Positions 53,344-63,650 of a stretch of 64,000 bases of DNA are shown here, piece by piece. Source of the DNA: Octopus sinensis. Lineage: Eukaryota. The notes under the pieces are model-generated. The model saw only the letters and a list, made by a program, of their open reading frames with translations. It was not told where the DNA came from and ran no database searches. The DNA lies in assembly GCF_006345805.1 (NCBI RefSeq), contig NC_043021.1:3844001-3908000 (forward strand), given 5' to 3'. Numbering within the stretch: position 1 is the first letter of the stretch; every line of letters starts with the position of its first letter. The translations under genes and the position numbers were made by a program.

Positions 53344-56300
53344 AATTCATTTCACTTACACCTATGCATACATGTGCATGCATATATATGTGTGTATGTT
53401 TGCATATATGCCTGTGTGTAAATGTGTGTATGCATGTATGTGTATATACACACACATGCACATAATATTTATACTCCATTCACACCTTGCCATTTTCGAG
53501 AAAGGAAATCAATCATCATACACATATATATTACTTGTATCAGTAAATAGATTCTTATTAGTTAGTGAAATATAAGTTGGTGCGAGTGGGGGGCAATGCG
53601 TGTTTATAAGTGAGAATAAAACCACAATCAAGGCACAAGTTTTTATGAGATTGAAAAAAAAAAAAAAAAGAAAAGAGAAAAAAAAATTTTACATCCAACA
53701 TTTAATATACATGCAAACTGAAATGAGAAGTGCTTGGGGGTAAGCTAGTTCAAATTGTGATTTGAGCATGAAGATAGCTTTTTTTTTTTTTTTGGTTGTT
53801 TGTAAGTCATAGAATGTGTTTAAGATTAAAACAAACAAATAAAAAAAACAACAACAAAGAATAAACAGACAAACAAAAAAAAAAATTAAAATGCATCTCA
53901 TAGAATTATACTATATTAATCATTCAAAATTATATAACTCAGATGTAAAACTAGTATTTCTTATTAAAATAAATATTCTGAAATTACGATGCTTTTGAAA
54001 ATTCGAAAAGCGCTTCTTTTTTTAAATGAAAAATTTTTTTAAGCCAGTGCTTCTGAAACAGCTTTGCATTATTCTGAAAGTAATTTTTTTTTTTTTGTAT
54101 GACAAAGAAAATGTATGAGATAGTCGGAGATATTCTTTTAAGAAATCCCTTATGAAACGAGACGAAAGAATGACCCCCTCTCATTGATGCTAATGCTTTT
54201 TTTTTTAAAAATAAAATGTTTCAAAATATATGTGGAACAATGAATACCAGAGTAAAAAAAAAAAAAAAAATCCTGATAATTTGTTACCAATTTAAAAACT
54301 TCAAATATAATATATATATTTACAATGTTCCCACAAAATTGTAGATTTTGTAATTACTTTAGATTAATATTAGTTTCAAATTTTGGCTCAGGGCCAGTAA
54401 TTTCAGGATGAGTAAGTCAATTATATCGACCCCAGTGCTCAACTAGCATTTATTTTATCTTAACCCCAAAAGTATGAAAGGAATCGCTAACCTCAGCAGA
54501 ATTTGAATTTAGAATGTGAAGAGGGATGAAATGTTGTCTGGCATACGAATGATTCTGCTAGGATGTCACCTTAAAATAATCTATAATACTGGAATAATCT
54601 AATATATTGGTTTGAAATTTTGGTACAAGGCCAGCAATTTCAGGGGAGGGGATAAGTCGTTTACATTGACCCCCAGTGCACAGCTGGTACTTATTTTATC
54701 AACCCCAAAAGGATGAAAAGGCAAAGTCAACCTCGGCAGAATTTGAACTTAGAACATAAAGATGGATGAAACATAGCTAGGCATTTTGTCTGGTGTGCTA
54801 ATGATTCTACCAGCTTGCCACCCTAAAATAATTTATAATATTGGTAAATTTCAGCACAAGGCCAGAAATTTAGGGGAAGAGGCTGAGTCAATTGCATCAA
54901 CCCCAGTACTCAACTGGTACTTATTTTATCAACCCCAAAAGGATCAAAAGCAAAGTTGACCTCAGTAGAATTTTAACTCAGAATGTGCAGATAGATGCAA
55001 TGCTGCTAAGTATTTTGCCCAATGTCTTAATGATTCTGCCAGTAAACTGCCAGTACATTGCCCTTTAATACTGAAAGAGGAAAGTTTATAGCCACAAAAG
55101 GGCAAAAGACCTGTCTGCATGAAATAGCAGTCTTTGGTAAATCTGGAGCTCAAAATTCTTGAATTACTTTCTGTGTTTAGGTCAACTCAGCCACAAGTAT
55201 TAACTCTGCCTTCAACTGCAATTTTTATTAAACAGAAACAAAAAAAATCAATCATGATTTATTGATGAATATCTGAAAGCTGAGTAATGTTGCATTGTTC
55301 CAAAGATTTGGTTTAGATTATTGAAACTTATCAAACAATAGCCATAGTGTAACAGGAGTTCTGGACAGATTTGGAACCTAAACTTTTGCTTCAATGACTA
55401 GAATTCTTAACATGTGAGTAAGATTTTATAGAAAAGATAAAAAAAGTGGTAAGTTTTTCTATTTTGTTTGTTTACTAGACTTGCAATAAAATATTAGTTT
55501 ATTTGGTATAATTTGATTAAATTGTCCACTTAACCATCCTTAAAGTTTTATGAATATATTGAGAATTCCTATCAGTGAACTAAAATTTAGCTTTGAATCA
55601 AATGACAGTTTTTTTAGCACATTTAATATGTTCTTTTTTTGTAAACAGATTTTGTATTAAACTCGACCCATTGCTGCACAAATAATACAAGAAAATATAA
55701 GACAGGTAGAGAAACTAACTATAAAATTTAGAAACTTGTAATGAAACTTTAAGAAGTCTATAATTAAGTTGACGGTTTGGAACAGGTTTATAGATTTCCC
55801 ACCAATTCCATAGGTTGTGAATAGTAACTGTATGAGAAATTCATTGAGAAATATAGCAGCATACCTTCTTTGTACTGGCTCCAGCCTCCATGTCGGAGCA
55901 TGCTCTAAATGCAGCTTCAATTTCCTCATCAGTGTCATTGGTATATTCCTCATATTTTTCACTGTAAGAGTTTGACTGGGAACAGAAGCAGGAAGAAGTG
56001 CAAGGAATATAGCAATATGGCAGAGGAAGAATACAACTGTGATGATATCAAGGTTCTTAAGCTAATAACCATGGAGTCAGTAGTTCTTTGGTACCTAGTT
56101 ATTAGTGATATGGTAGAGTGTGGTGGTTCGAGGAATCTTAGTATTGAAGAGGAAGGAATGTGTGTCTGTGTGTGTGCATGCATTAATATATGAGCGCGTG
56201 AGAGAGACGGAGAGAGGGAGAGAGAGTGTGTGTGTGTGTGTGTGTGAGAGAAACTAGTATTGCGAAACAGTGAGTTCTAGCTTGCTTGCTTATGTTTCAT

Positions 56301-59300
56301 CCTTGTGCGTACTCTAGGAGAATAATTCAATAGTCTTGTAATCCATTTCTGAATTAAATTGATCTTCTACCCACCAGGCAAAAGAATGCAATAAATTATT
56401 TTCTATTATTTCACATCCACATCAGCACAAGTTGGAGGAAAGAAGAGTTTTTTTTGAATGCGAAACACCAGATCATGAAGTCAGAGCAGGAACCTGCTTT
56501 GTTTCTCGCATACATTGAGAAATGTGCTTTGCTCAGAGGAATCATATAACTATGATAGTATGGAACTAAGAACCATGCGGTCAGCGGTTGTTATGGTACT
56601 GGGTCATGCTTTTGATTCCTGGATCAGGTTGCATGTTGTGTGCTGAGAAAGGAATGTCATTTCATGTTGCTATTGTTAATTCATCAGAAAATGAGCCCAA
56701 GCAGCAGTAGTAGCTGTAGGAGCTCTGTGATGGATGGGCATCCAGTCCAGGAGATACCTCCAAGAAGAAGAGCTACTACTTGACATTTCAAAGTCTGTCA
56801 GAAAGTCCCAAGTTGTTCAATTAACCCTTAGCATTTCTCTTTATCACAGACACACACCCAAAGAATGACAAGAAGACAACTAGATCTTTGTTACAATGGA
56901 ATATCAACTAAGACTTTGTTGCATTATCTGTTCAGCTTTGTACCTAATGTTTTATATAACTTATCTAAAGTGAGGAGATAACAGACCTATGCCTGCCTTT
57001 GTATTGTGGAATTAAAATGTAGTATTAAATTAATTTTTTTTTTCATGTTTGTTTTTCTATGCAAGGTTGGCTTAGCTGAGAGTAAATTTGAGGAAAGATC
57101 TTATGACTGGATGCACTTCTTGTCACTAATCCTTACATGTTTATCAAGTAAAGGATTTTCAATTTCCATTCCACAAGAATTTGGAAGTGCAAAAATAGCA
57201 GTCAATCTGTTGAGAGAAAACATCAACAAGTGTCACCAGTTGCAGTCCAACCACAAATGACAACATCACTGCTTGTAGTTAAGCTGCAAACAGCAGTGTC
57301 TCCATCAATACCCATGGCTCAGCACAGTTCAGCCTTTTGGGAATCTTGGACTATTTCTAACTTCAGAAGGAAACTAGAAAAATATATTTACTACACAAGA
57401 GTTCACAGTTCTCTGTAATAATTTTTTAAGACTACCCAACAGCAAATTAGAACTTGGTATCCTCAAAAACTATTTTATCTCTTCCTGGCTTTTAGGTTGT
57501 TCTCTCTAAGCTATTTAGGCACTGAAAGGCTCCAAATGGTGCACACGCTCCCCTTCAAACTTACTGGCCTCTGGCATGCAGAGATTTTGATTGAAAGTAT
57601 TTGCATAAGCAAGGTCTCTATCTCTTCCTGACTTTTAAAGTTTTCTGAAGGTATCTAGGCACTGGAGCACACTTGTAAAGAATTTCTTTAAATTAGATCC
57701 CAGATTTTTGACAAGTGTTTTTACTATCTTTATCATGGTTAGGTGAATTGAATAAGTTAAACTTGAGTGCTATGTTGAAGAACATATTGATACATCTGTA
57801 TTGAGATATGAACTCAAGATCCTCTGGTCAACATGATGTAAACACTCTACTCCACAACTGCAAATCCTTAACAGACTAAAAACATTAAGAAAAAGCATGC
57901 TTATTGTTGGGAAGATAATGATTCTGCTAAAGGACTGGATTGGTGTAGTGTAGGTATTAGAACATAACAGAGGAGTGTGAAATAATACTGAGAAAAATAA
58001 GGTTAAATTGGATGGAATAAAGGTAGATAAAAACAAAACAACAAACAAACAAAAGTAAAAACAAGTAAAAAAAAAACAACAACCCTGAATGAAATTAGTT
58101 TACCTTCCTAGCTGCAACTGCTTCGTAGGCAATGTTTTTAGCTGTTTTGGCAGCCATTTCCTTGAGAAGATTTGGCGGTAAAATCACCCCTTGAGAGTCG
58201 ACAGATTCCTCGTTGTTATCTGCCAATGTGCGTACAGTTAATCGATCAGGCATGCGACCACAACAATCGTTGCTCGTGAGTAATATGTGATCATCTGGGA
58301 AAGAAAGGTGAAAGAAAGAGGGAAAAAAAAATCAATAACTGAATTTGAAAATCTCTCTCTATATAAATGGCAGTTTGTCTGTATGTGTGTCTGTCAGGTT
58401 GTACCCTCACCCTGACCACGGCTTTCAACCGATTCTGATGAAACTTGACACACACATAGCCCAATGTCATAATTCAAAACTAATGCAGTAAAAATTTTGA
58501 AAAGTTCCCCCAGTTCTGAAAAAAATCGATAAATTCGACATGGGGTCGAGAATCTAAGCTTTTTATATGCAACACATTTTCTGTCTAGGGGACACAACTC
58601 GACAGCTAGGGACAGCTAGGAACATCGTATACACAGAAGTATTCGAGTGAAGAGAAGACATTGCAACCTACACATGCGCCTTCGTTCCCTAGAGGGAAAG
58701 GACTAGATTGGGATTAGTCGTTGCCTACTAGGGGCTCTTACATACCCGGGCAACGCCGGGCTATGCTGCTAGTAAATGATAAAATGACTCAAGTCTTAGC
58801 GTTTTTATTACCAGAAAATTGAATTAATCTTATCTCTGAGAGTTACAAAATACTAAACCTGGGTAGCAGTATTATTTCACTGTACATAATACTGAAGGAC
58901 TCCTCTCTCTCAGAAAGCTAATTCAAACTACCAATATCAATAGTCAAAACTACAGGATCATACAAAAGCTCCTTCCAGCAGCTTTCTATCAAATGCAGAT
59001 TGAATAACAAAATGGATGTAAGACGTACTGACTATCTCATTTTACTACACAACAGAGAGAGAGAAAGCATTTCCTATTTAATTTTAATTAATTAAAATTT
59101 GGCAGCTGTGTGTTTATGTCCCCGTCACTTAGCGGTTCAGCAAAAAGAGACCGATAGAATAAGTACTGGGCTTACAAAGAATAAGTCCCGGGTTCGAGTT
59201 GCTCAATTAAAGGCGGTGCTCCAGCATGGCCACAGTCAAATGACTGAAACAAGTAAAAGAGAGTAAAAGGGAAAGAGAGTTGTCTCTATCTCTACCTTTC

Positions 59301-62300
59301 TTTTTTAGTAACGGGTACCTGTAGAAAATCAATCACTAGCTCCTTGAAACCCATGAAAAACAAGACTATTGGTGAATAAAAGATTGGGGGCCAAACACTC
59401 GTTCACTATATTTTTGAGAACAAGAGATAAGGGAATATGTGCAACCTTGGTGCAGAACAATTATCTCAAGGGACTTCATTCCTAAAGTGTTTTCTTTTTT
59501 TTGTTTTCTCAACAATATCTTTTTCTGATACACACACACATATATTTATCTTTTATTGGTTTTAGTCATTGGACTGCGACCATGCTGGGCATGACCTTAG
59601 GAAGGGGTTTAGGTGAGCAAACTGACTACAGTATGTATTGTTTTTTATAGTTTAGTACCCTTTCTATCAGCCTCTTTTGTTGAACTGCTAAGTAACAGGG
59701 ACATAAACAAGCCAACTCTGGTTGTTAAGTAGTAATGAGGCAGGGAGCACAAACACTGACACAAAGGCACATATACGCACACGGGGCTTCTACACAGATT
59801 CCATCTATCAAATCCATCCACAAAGCATTGGCTGGCCTAAGGTTATAGTGGAAGACGCTCACCTAAGTACCATGCTGTGGGACTGAACCTGAAACCACAT
59901 TTTATCTACATAGCCATGCATAAAATTAATTTCTACTTACTTATTGGACCGTTGACTTCCTTTAACTTTTTGCCATCAGCATATATGACATAACCTTTGA
60001 TGATGCCAGATGGAGAAATTCCAGATGCATTGATTGTTACCGGAAGCCATGTTAGCAGGACAGTACCTTCTTGTGGTCCCACTTCGACTTGAACATCAAG
60101 GGGAGGATCAGGTAAACCTAAAAAAAAAAATAATAAATATGTCATCTTTTATCTTTTACTTATTTCAATATTTCAGTCATTAGATTGTGGCCATGCTGGG
60201 GCACTGCTTCAAAGGGTTTAGTTGAGCAAATCGACCCTAATATTTATGTTCCCTTTTTTTCTTTAAAACCTGGTAATTATTCCATTGGCCCCTTTTGCTG
60301 AACTGCTAAGTTATGGGGATGTAAACAAACCAACACCAGTTGTCAAGCAGTGGTGGGGAACAAACATAACTCAAGCGCAAACAGACATCCAAGCTTTTCA
60401 ACCACAAGAAATCAAAAAATAGCTTGAAAAAGAAATTGAATTTTGAGAGGTAACATTGATCCCCACTCAAACATGGATGTTCTCTTAGAACAAACTATAC
60501 TGCAATAGTTAGCATGAGAGAACCTCTTATATTGGCTTTTGGTGCAAAATGCACTCTTGTTTATATCACTAGTGGGGAGATAACAAGAGTACAGTTTGAA
60601 CCAAAAACCAATATGAGAGTATCCACGGCAATAGAGTTTGTTCCAGCAGAACATCCATGTTTAAGTAGGAATAAATATTACTGCATAGTATTGATAAAGG
60701 CGGCGAGCTGGCAGAAACGTTAGCATGCCGGGCGAAATGCTTAGTGGTATTTCGTCTGTCCTTGTTTGTCCTCTCTGTGTTTAGCCCCGTGTGGGTAGTA
60801 AAGAAATAGGTATTTTGTCTGTCGCTACGTTCTGAGTTCAAATTCCGCCAAGGTCGACTTTGCCTTTCATCCTTTCGGGGGTCAATTAAATAAGTACCAG
60901 TTACACACTGGGGTCGATATAATCGAGTTAATTCATTTGTCTGTCCTTGTTTGTCCTCTCTGTGTTTAGCCCCTTGTGGGTAGTAAAGAAATAAGTATTG
61001 ATACTGCTTCTGTCACTAATATATAAATTGAATTTTGTGATTATTTTTGATTTCTTTTACTTTCAGAAATATATATTTGACCGAAAAATTTACACAACCA
61101 TATCAGTTTCTTGTTGCTTCATAGTAGGACATTCTTTCAGAAATAACCAATGGCCTAAATTGTAATTCTGGGAATGAAAAACCCCTTTTCTTTTTATTGC
61201 TTCCTTTATTGTTCCTCTGCTGACCTTACATTGTTGGTTCAGCAAGTTCTTATTTTTCCACTACAGCAGAACCTCAGGGTATGGAGGAGGAGGACGATGG
61301 CCGTCCAATGGTGACTAAGATTGTTTGGAGACAAGAGGACAAGTGTTTCAGTCTCAGTAGCCATCATCAGTACAACGATTGTGTTATTTTGTCATTTAAA
61401 ACACTTTTTAACCCTTTAGCATTTAAACCGGCCATATCCGGCCAAAAGTATTCTACCTGTTTTATGTTCAAACTGGCCAGATCTGGTCTCTCACACCAGC
61501 CCTACAATATCATTTTAAAAAAATCAACAGTTACCTCATCAAAATCTCATAACTCCAAGATAATGCCTGATTAGTTCATGGCAATGTGGATAAAAAAGGA
61601 TTAATTTTGGCAGAATAATGCGAACACTAAAGGGTTAAACTAAATTGCTAGAGACTGTCCCTGGTTCTATGATACAAACTGTTCATTTTACAGTGAGCTA
61701 AATTAAAATTCCAGCAAAATTTCATGTCAACCGTGTTCCAAATACCAGTTTAATAATGATGAATTTCTGTAACTAAATTCTTCATTCTTTTCAAACCTAA
61801 CAGAAAGAAAGACAGTTTATTTAAAAAAAAATATGGTTAGAAAAAAGGTGAAACATTGAAACAGTAGAAATATCTCAGTACCTCCAGCTAAAGTTTTAAA
61901 TTCTATCCGTTCTGTGAGTTGTTCTTTCCTTTCGTCACTGCGTTCTTCCTCAAAATTAGACAGAAGACTTTTGGCTCGAACAGAGACTGTATGTGATGTA
62001 GCTGGAGTTAGGCCTGAAAAAAGATGCATTAGGATCTGATAAATATACAGACAGAAACAAAGCTGAGATGAAAAATAAGGTGAAATCAATATTCATGTCA
62101 TTGCACCTGGCATAAAGCCACCTCCATCAATACTACAACTCCACTCGGTTGAGGAGGTCTTGTCTTGCAAATTACTTAGTGATATCATTGATTGTGGTGC
62201 CACGTAAAAAGTGACCAGTACACTCTGTAAAGGTGTTGGCGTTAGGATGGGCATCCAACTGTAGAAACCAAAGAAGAAAATGTTTGAAAATATATGTGGA

Positions 62301-63650
62301 ACAATAAAAAAAACCATCCGAACGTGGCTGATGCCAGCGCCACCTCGACTGGCCTCTGTGCTGGTGGCACATAAAAAGCACCATCCGAACGTGGCCAATG
62401 CCAGCGCTGCCTTGACTGGCTTCCGTGCAGGTGGCATGTTAAAAGCACCAACCGATTGTGGCCGATGCCAGACTCCCCTGGCACCTGTGCCGGTGGCACG
62501 TAAAAAGCACCCACTACACTCGCAGAGTGGTTGGCGTTAGGAAGGGCATCCAGCTGTAGAAACACTGCCAGATCAGACTGGAGCCAGGTGCAACTTCTGG
62601 CTTCCCAGACCCCTGTCGAACCGTCCAATCCGTGCTAGCGTGGAAAACGGACGTTACAGAATGATGATGATGATGAATGAATGAATGCCAGAGTAAAAAA
62701 AAAATCCTGATAATTTGTTACCAATTTAAAAACTTCAAATATAATATATATATTTACAATGTTCGCACAAAATTGTAGATTTTGTATTTATTTTAGATAA
62801 ATGTTAGTTTCAAATTTTGGCTCAGGGCCAGTAATTTCAGGATGGGTAAGTCAATTATATCGACCCTAGTGCTCAACTAGCATTTATCTTATCTTAACCC
62901 CGAAAGTATGAAAGGAATCGCCAACCTCAGCAGAATTTGAATTTTTCTTCTCTCTGATATTTATTGCTTTTAACACAGCAAGCTCTGAGATGGTCTTTAA
63001 GAACAAAATTCTTTTTTCATTAACTTTCATGGATTCTCATGACTCACTGTTGCCATCCAATTCCATTATTATGAATTTGAATTGGGAGATCGAGTCAAAG
63101 TGAATCTTTCATCAGCTGATTACACAACTATGGACACCTGTGTAGCTGTTGCAGTTACTCTCTTGAAAGAGTTTGGTGATCCTGACCATCGATCTTCTGG
63201 GTTTCCTCTGCTCAACATCAATGTAAGAAGCACCACATAAGGTGCCCCTGTGCTAGTGCCGCATAGAAAGCTCCCATGCTGACATCAAGTACCAAAAGTA
63301 CCCAGTACATTCTGTGAAATAGTTTGGGTTAAAAACCGTGCCAAAACTGATGACCGGAGCCTGGTGCAGTACTCTGGTTTGCCAGCTCCAGTCACATCAT
63401 CCAAGCGATGCCAGCATGGAAAATTGACTTTAAGTATTATGATAATGACGACAATGACGGTATGTCAAAGTATATTTAAGATGTATACCTGTCAAAATAT
63501 ATTCATAAACTCCAGGGTTCACAACCCGTACTTCCTGCTCGTTGACACAGATGACATGTTGGTAATTACTGTTGCCAGGCAACCAAGAAAGGACTGCACC
63601 ATTAGCTGATATATGACTGACTTTCAAATCGGAAGGAACTGGAATAACAT
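16473..63650 (-). CDS. RIMBP2: RIMS-binding protein 2-like gene (RIM-BP/Rbp), 3' portion; join of 12 exons, 5' end outside window
   Basis: Manual splice of 63489-63650, 61882-62013, 59941-60117, 58104-58294, 55865-55975, 51668-51829, 34947-35049, 32963-33420, 31320-31491, 29681-29814, 25920-26156, 16473-16667. All introns are GT-AG with compatible phases and there is no internal stop. FN3-FN3-linker-SH3-SH3 order with ALFDYDPxxMSPN, [20 protein letters not shown] and DDDGFF..GLVPSNF motifs typical of RIM-BP. Confidence 0.95.
16734..16862 (+). mobile_element. SINE family B (3' tail ggacgttaaac(GAT)n), truncated
   Basis: Other copies: 1-35, 19025-19280(-), 22160-22478(-), 23060-23377(-), 27797-28037(+), 30975-31307(+), 32712-32935(-), 33748-33990(-), 37229-37485(-), 62306-62676(+), 63230-63460(+). 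Confidence 0.85.
16969..17200 (-). mobile_element. SINE family A copy
   Basis: Near-identical to 2424-2656. Confidence 0.9.
17623..17850. mobile_element. Second piggyBac-like MITE family (TIR CCCTTTAGCATT)
   Basis: Reverse complement of 61408-61638; further copies at 20922-21146 and partial at 33565-33710, 63753-63925. Confidence 0.75.
18061..18460. repeat. 20 x 20-bp minisatellite, consensus tggcaatgaYRtcatYRact
   Basis: Units stay in exact 20-nt register for 400 bp. Confidence 0.95.
20585..20900 (+). mobile_element. Helentron/HINE-like non-autonomous element, 5'-truncated
   Basis: Matches 49445-49812; 3' end gccttggaggaggtttgtgtctctctgagtgctcttgtt. Confidence 0.65.
21286..21668. mobile_element. 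Fold-back DNA transposon (about 178-bp TIRs, TGT...ACA ends, 4-bp TSD AGTA), Ginger-like MITE candidate
   Basis: agta|tgtagcggtctctgatatcc...ggatatcagagactgctaca|agta; arms differ by about 7 transitions. Confidence 0.85.
22123..23934. repeat. Near-perfect tandem duplication, period about 899 bp
   Basis: Identical ORF-track entries offset by 899/898 nt; junctions fall in (CA)n. Confidence 0.92.
25920..26156 (-). CDS. RIMBP2: RIMBP2 exon, last SH3 ([39 protein letters not shown]...ELNR)
   Basis: gctttcag|GTG...AGA|gtaagt, 237 nt, phase 0-0. Confidence 0.95.
26381..26560 (+). mobile_element. CR1/L2-like LINE 3' end fragment
   Basis: Translates [31 protein letters not shown] (WN.LP..V motif), followed by a short taactt/aaactt tail. 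Confidence 0.65.
26753..28250. mobile_element. hAT-like MITE (tagtggttctcaacc ... ggttgagaactcc) interrupted by a 1.17-kb nested insert
   Basis: Matching TIR halves flank 26864-28037. Confidence 0.6.
26864..27560. repeat. Tandem duplication, period 368 bp (26864-27196 / 27232-27560)
   Basis: The two copies differ by two CpG-type transitions and (ATT)n length. Confidence 0.92.
28680..29246 (+). mobile_element. Mariner transposase pseudogene, C-terminal half with right end
   Basis: IWWDCKGVI...FHQDNA*PHTA...[20 protein letters not shown]...[22 protein letters not shown] with in-frame stops. Confidence 0.92.
29681..29814 (-). CDS. RIMBP2: RIMBP2 exon, start of last SH3 (AKENFLSK...[21 protein letters not shown])
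   Basis: tttgcag|CCAAA...GAG|gtagat, 134 nt, phase 1-0. Confidence 0.94.
29955..30365 (+). mobile_element. Dispersed about 420-bp repeat (probable DNA-transposon MITE); second copy at 46073-46520
   Basis: Shared ttttgtccttggg..aaccccaaacaatc..atgctcccccactac sequence. Confidence 0.7.
31320..31491 (-). CDS. RIMBP2: RIMBP2 exon, second half of SH3 ([30 protein letters not shown]...)
   Basis: ttttctgtag|ATA...CCTG|gtgagt, 172 nt, phase 0-1. Not in the ORF track. Confidence 0.94.
31545..31770. mobile_element. piggyBac-like MITE, same family as 10697-10921
   Basis: ttaa-ccctttcgttac ... gtaacaaaaggg-ttaa. Confidence 0.88.
32249..32668 (+). mobile_element. 5'-truncated RTE-clade LINE with intact C-terminal ORF, short (GAT)n tail and 14-bp TSD
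   Basis: [12 protein letters not shown]...FAGHC.R...MMDREVWR motifs; TSD aacaattctgccag at 32235-32248 and 32669-32682. Confidence 0.92.
32963..33420 (-). CDS. RIMBP2: RIMBP2 exon, linker plus start of SH3 ([19 protein letters not shown]...[35 protein letters not shown])
   Basis: tatttcag|AAATA...AAG|gtcagt, 458 nt open frame, phase 1-0. Confidence 0.94.
34429..34634. repeat. Perfect hairpin, 99-bp arms and 8-nt loop, followed by a unique tail and (TA)n; probable Penelope-like end
   Basis: 34429-34527 reads as the exact reverse complement of 34536-34634. Confidence 0.92.
34947..35049 (-). CDS. RIMBP2: RIMBP2 linker exon ([34 protein letters not shown])
   Basis: ttttcccacag|GTT...ATAG|gtaaat, 103 nt, phase 0-1; joins next exon to give IPAIEITRD. 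Confidence 0.85.
35600..35930 (+). mobile_element. Degenerate RTE LINE 3' fragment
   Basis: [29 protein letters not shown] motif. Confidence 0.65.
35949..36082. repeat. Imperfect fold-back (about 66-bp arms) followed by tail and (TA)n
   Basis: atttttattaatgtttaacagaagcaacagag...ctctgttgcttctgctaaacattaataaaaat. Confidence 0.85.
37640..38560 (-). pseudogene. Helitron Rep-helicase (PIF1-like) C-terminal fragment, frameshifted
   Basis: MLLRNLD...[30 protein letters not shown] and [12 protein letters not shown] motifs, split across frames. Confidence 0.9.
39243..39735 (-). mobile_element. Mariner transposase fragment
   Basis: [36 protein letters not shown] and KW.E..NK.I...GSHFE remnants. Confidence 0.7.
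40388..40778 (+). mobile_element. Full-length tRNA-derived SINE family C with 11-bp TSD
   Basis: A-box tggcccagtgg, B-box-like ggtttcgattccc; TSD agaagcctact at 40377-40387 and 40779-40789. Confidence 0.9.
42880..43140 (-). mobile_element. RTE LINE ORF internal fragment
   Basis: [20 protein letters not shown]...[10 protein letters not shown]. Confidence 0.7.
43566..44000 (-). mobile_element. Penelope-like element RT/thumb fragment (resembles Naiad/Chlamys-type PLEs)
   Basis: GLFRDDAL (RDD catalytic motif), [31 protein letters not shown] pattern typical of the PLE RT C-terminus. Confidence 0.8.
44540..44715. mobile_element. Fold-back element with hammerhead-like motif, probable PLE pseudo-LTR
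   Basis: About 62-bp arms; minus 44646-44561 reads GAGC-CTGAAGG...GAAACTACAAGTA-GCTC. Confidence 0.65.
46631..46830 (-). mobile_element. Degenerate 3' end of an RLE-type non-LTR element (HERO/NeSL-like)
   Basis: [25 protein letters not shown] resembles the region after the restriction-like endonuclease domain. Confidence 0.5.
49445..49812 (+). mobile_element. Helentron/HINE-like element
   Basis: ttattacctttgcc..ggcggaggt 5' end, (GTTT)n, 3' ggaggtttgcgctctctgagtgc hairpin end. Confidence 0.7.
51668..51829 (-). CDS. RIMBP2: RIMBP2 linker exon ([31 protein letters not shown]...NGIK)
   Basis: ctttag|GCT...AAG|gtaaca, 162 nt, phase 0-0; SELSDIxExxEE motif; GC-rich island. Confidence 0.88.
53103..53295. 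mobile_element. Tc1/mariner-type MITE
   Basis: TIRs agggagtgctaaaaagttcttgg / ccaggaactttttcagtattccctcgta. Confidence 0.7.
54370..55045 (-). mobile_element. Three tandem older family-A-related SINE copies
   Basis: Core aaaggatgaaaaggcaaagtcaacctcggcagaatttgaac repeated three times. Confidence 0.85.
55865..55975 (-). CDS. RIMBP2: RIMBP2 linker exon ([37 protein letters not shown])
   Basis: Long pyrimidine tract ttcttcctgcttctgttcccag|TCA...AAG|gtatgc, 111 nt, phase 0-0, open acidic frame. Confidence 0.8.
58104..58294 (-). CDS. RIMBP2: RIMBP2 exon, end of last FN3 (NDHILLT...[32 protein letters not shown]...ARK)
   Basis: tttcccag|ATGAT...GAAG|gtaaac, 191 nt, phase 1-0; VRTL..ES.DS motif. 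Not in the ORF track. Confidence 0.9.
58352..58772 (+). mobile_element. Complete non-autonomous Helitron
   Basis: A|TCTCTCTCTATATAAAT 5' end; 3' hairpin cccgggcaacgccggg then CTAG|T; no TSD. Confidence 0.88.
59941..60117 (-). CDS. RIMBP2: RIMBP2 exon, FN3 ([29 protein letters not shown]...[18 protein letters not shown])
   Basis: tttttag|GTTTA...ATAA|gtaagt, 177 nt, phase 1-1. Confidence 0.95.
60697..60994 (+). mobile_element. SINE family A copy with an internal duplicate of its own tail
   Basis: tctgtccttgtttgtcctctctgtgtttagcccc..gtagtaaagaaata occurs at about 60755-60808 and 60940-60994. Confidence 0.88.
61408..61638. mobile_element. piggyBac-like MITE (TIR CCCTTTAGCATT)
   Basis: ttaa-ccctttagcattt ... 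aacactaaaggg-ttaa. Confidence 0.85.
61882..62013 (-). CDS. RIMBP2: RIMBP2 exon, end of FN3 ([16 protein letters not shown]...IEFKTLAGG)
   Basis: tttttcag|GCCTA...GGAG|gtactg, 132 nt, phase 1-1. Confidence 0.92.
63489..63650 (-). CDS. RIMBP2: RIMBP2 exon, FN3 domain ([55 protein letters not shown])
   Basis: ag|ATGTT...ACAG|gtatac, 162 nt, phase 1-1; LSWLPxNSN FN3 motif of RIM-BP. Confidence 0.93.

Noticed and set aside
53984-54073. Possible alternative last exon [15 protein letters not shown]...KAS*
   Set aside because: In phase, but the acceptor is preceded by an A-run rather than a pyrimidine tract; no other support.
55657-55962. ORF-track frames at 55657-55962 and 51664-51858 as the coding frame
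   Set aside because: Splice-phase analysis places the true exons in a different frame.
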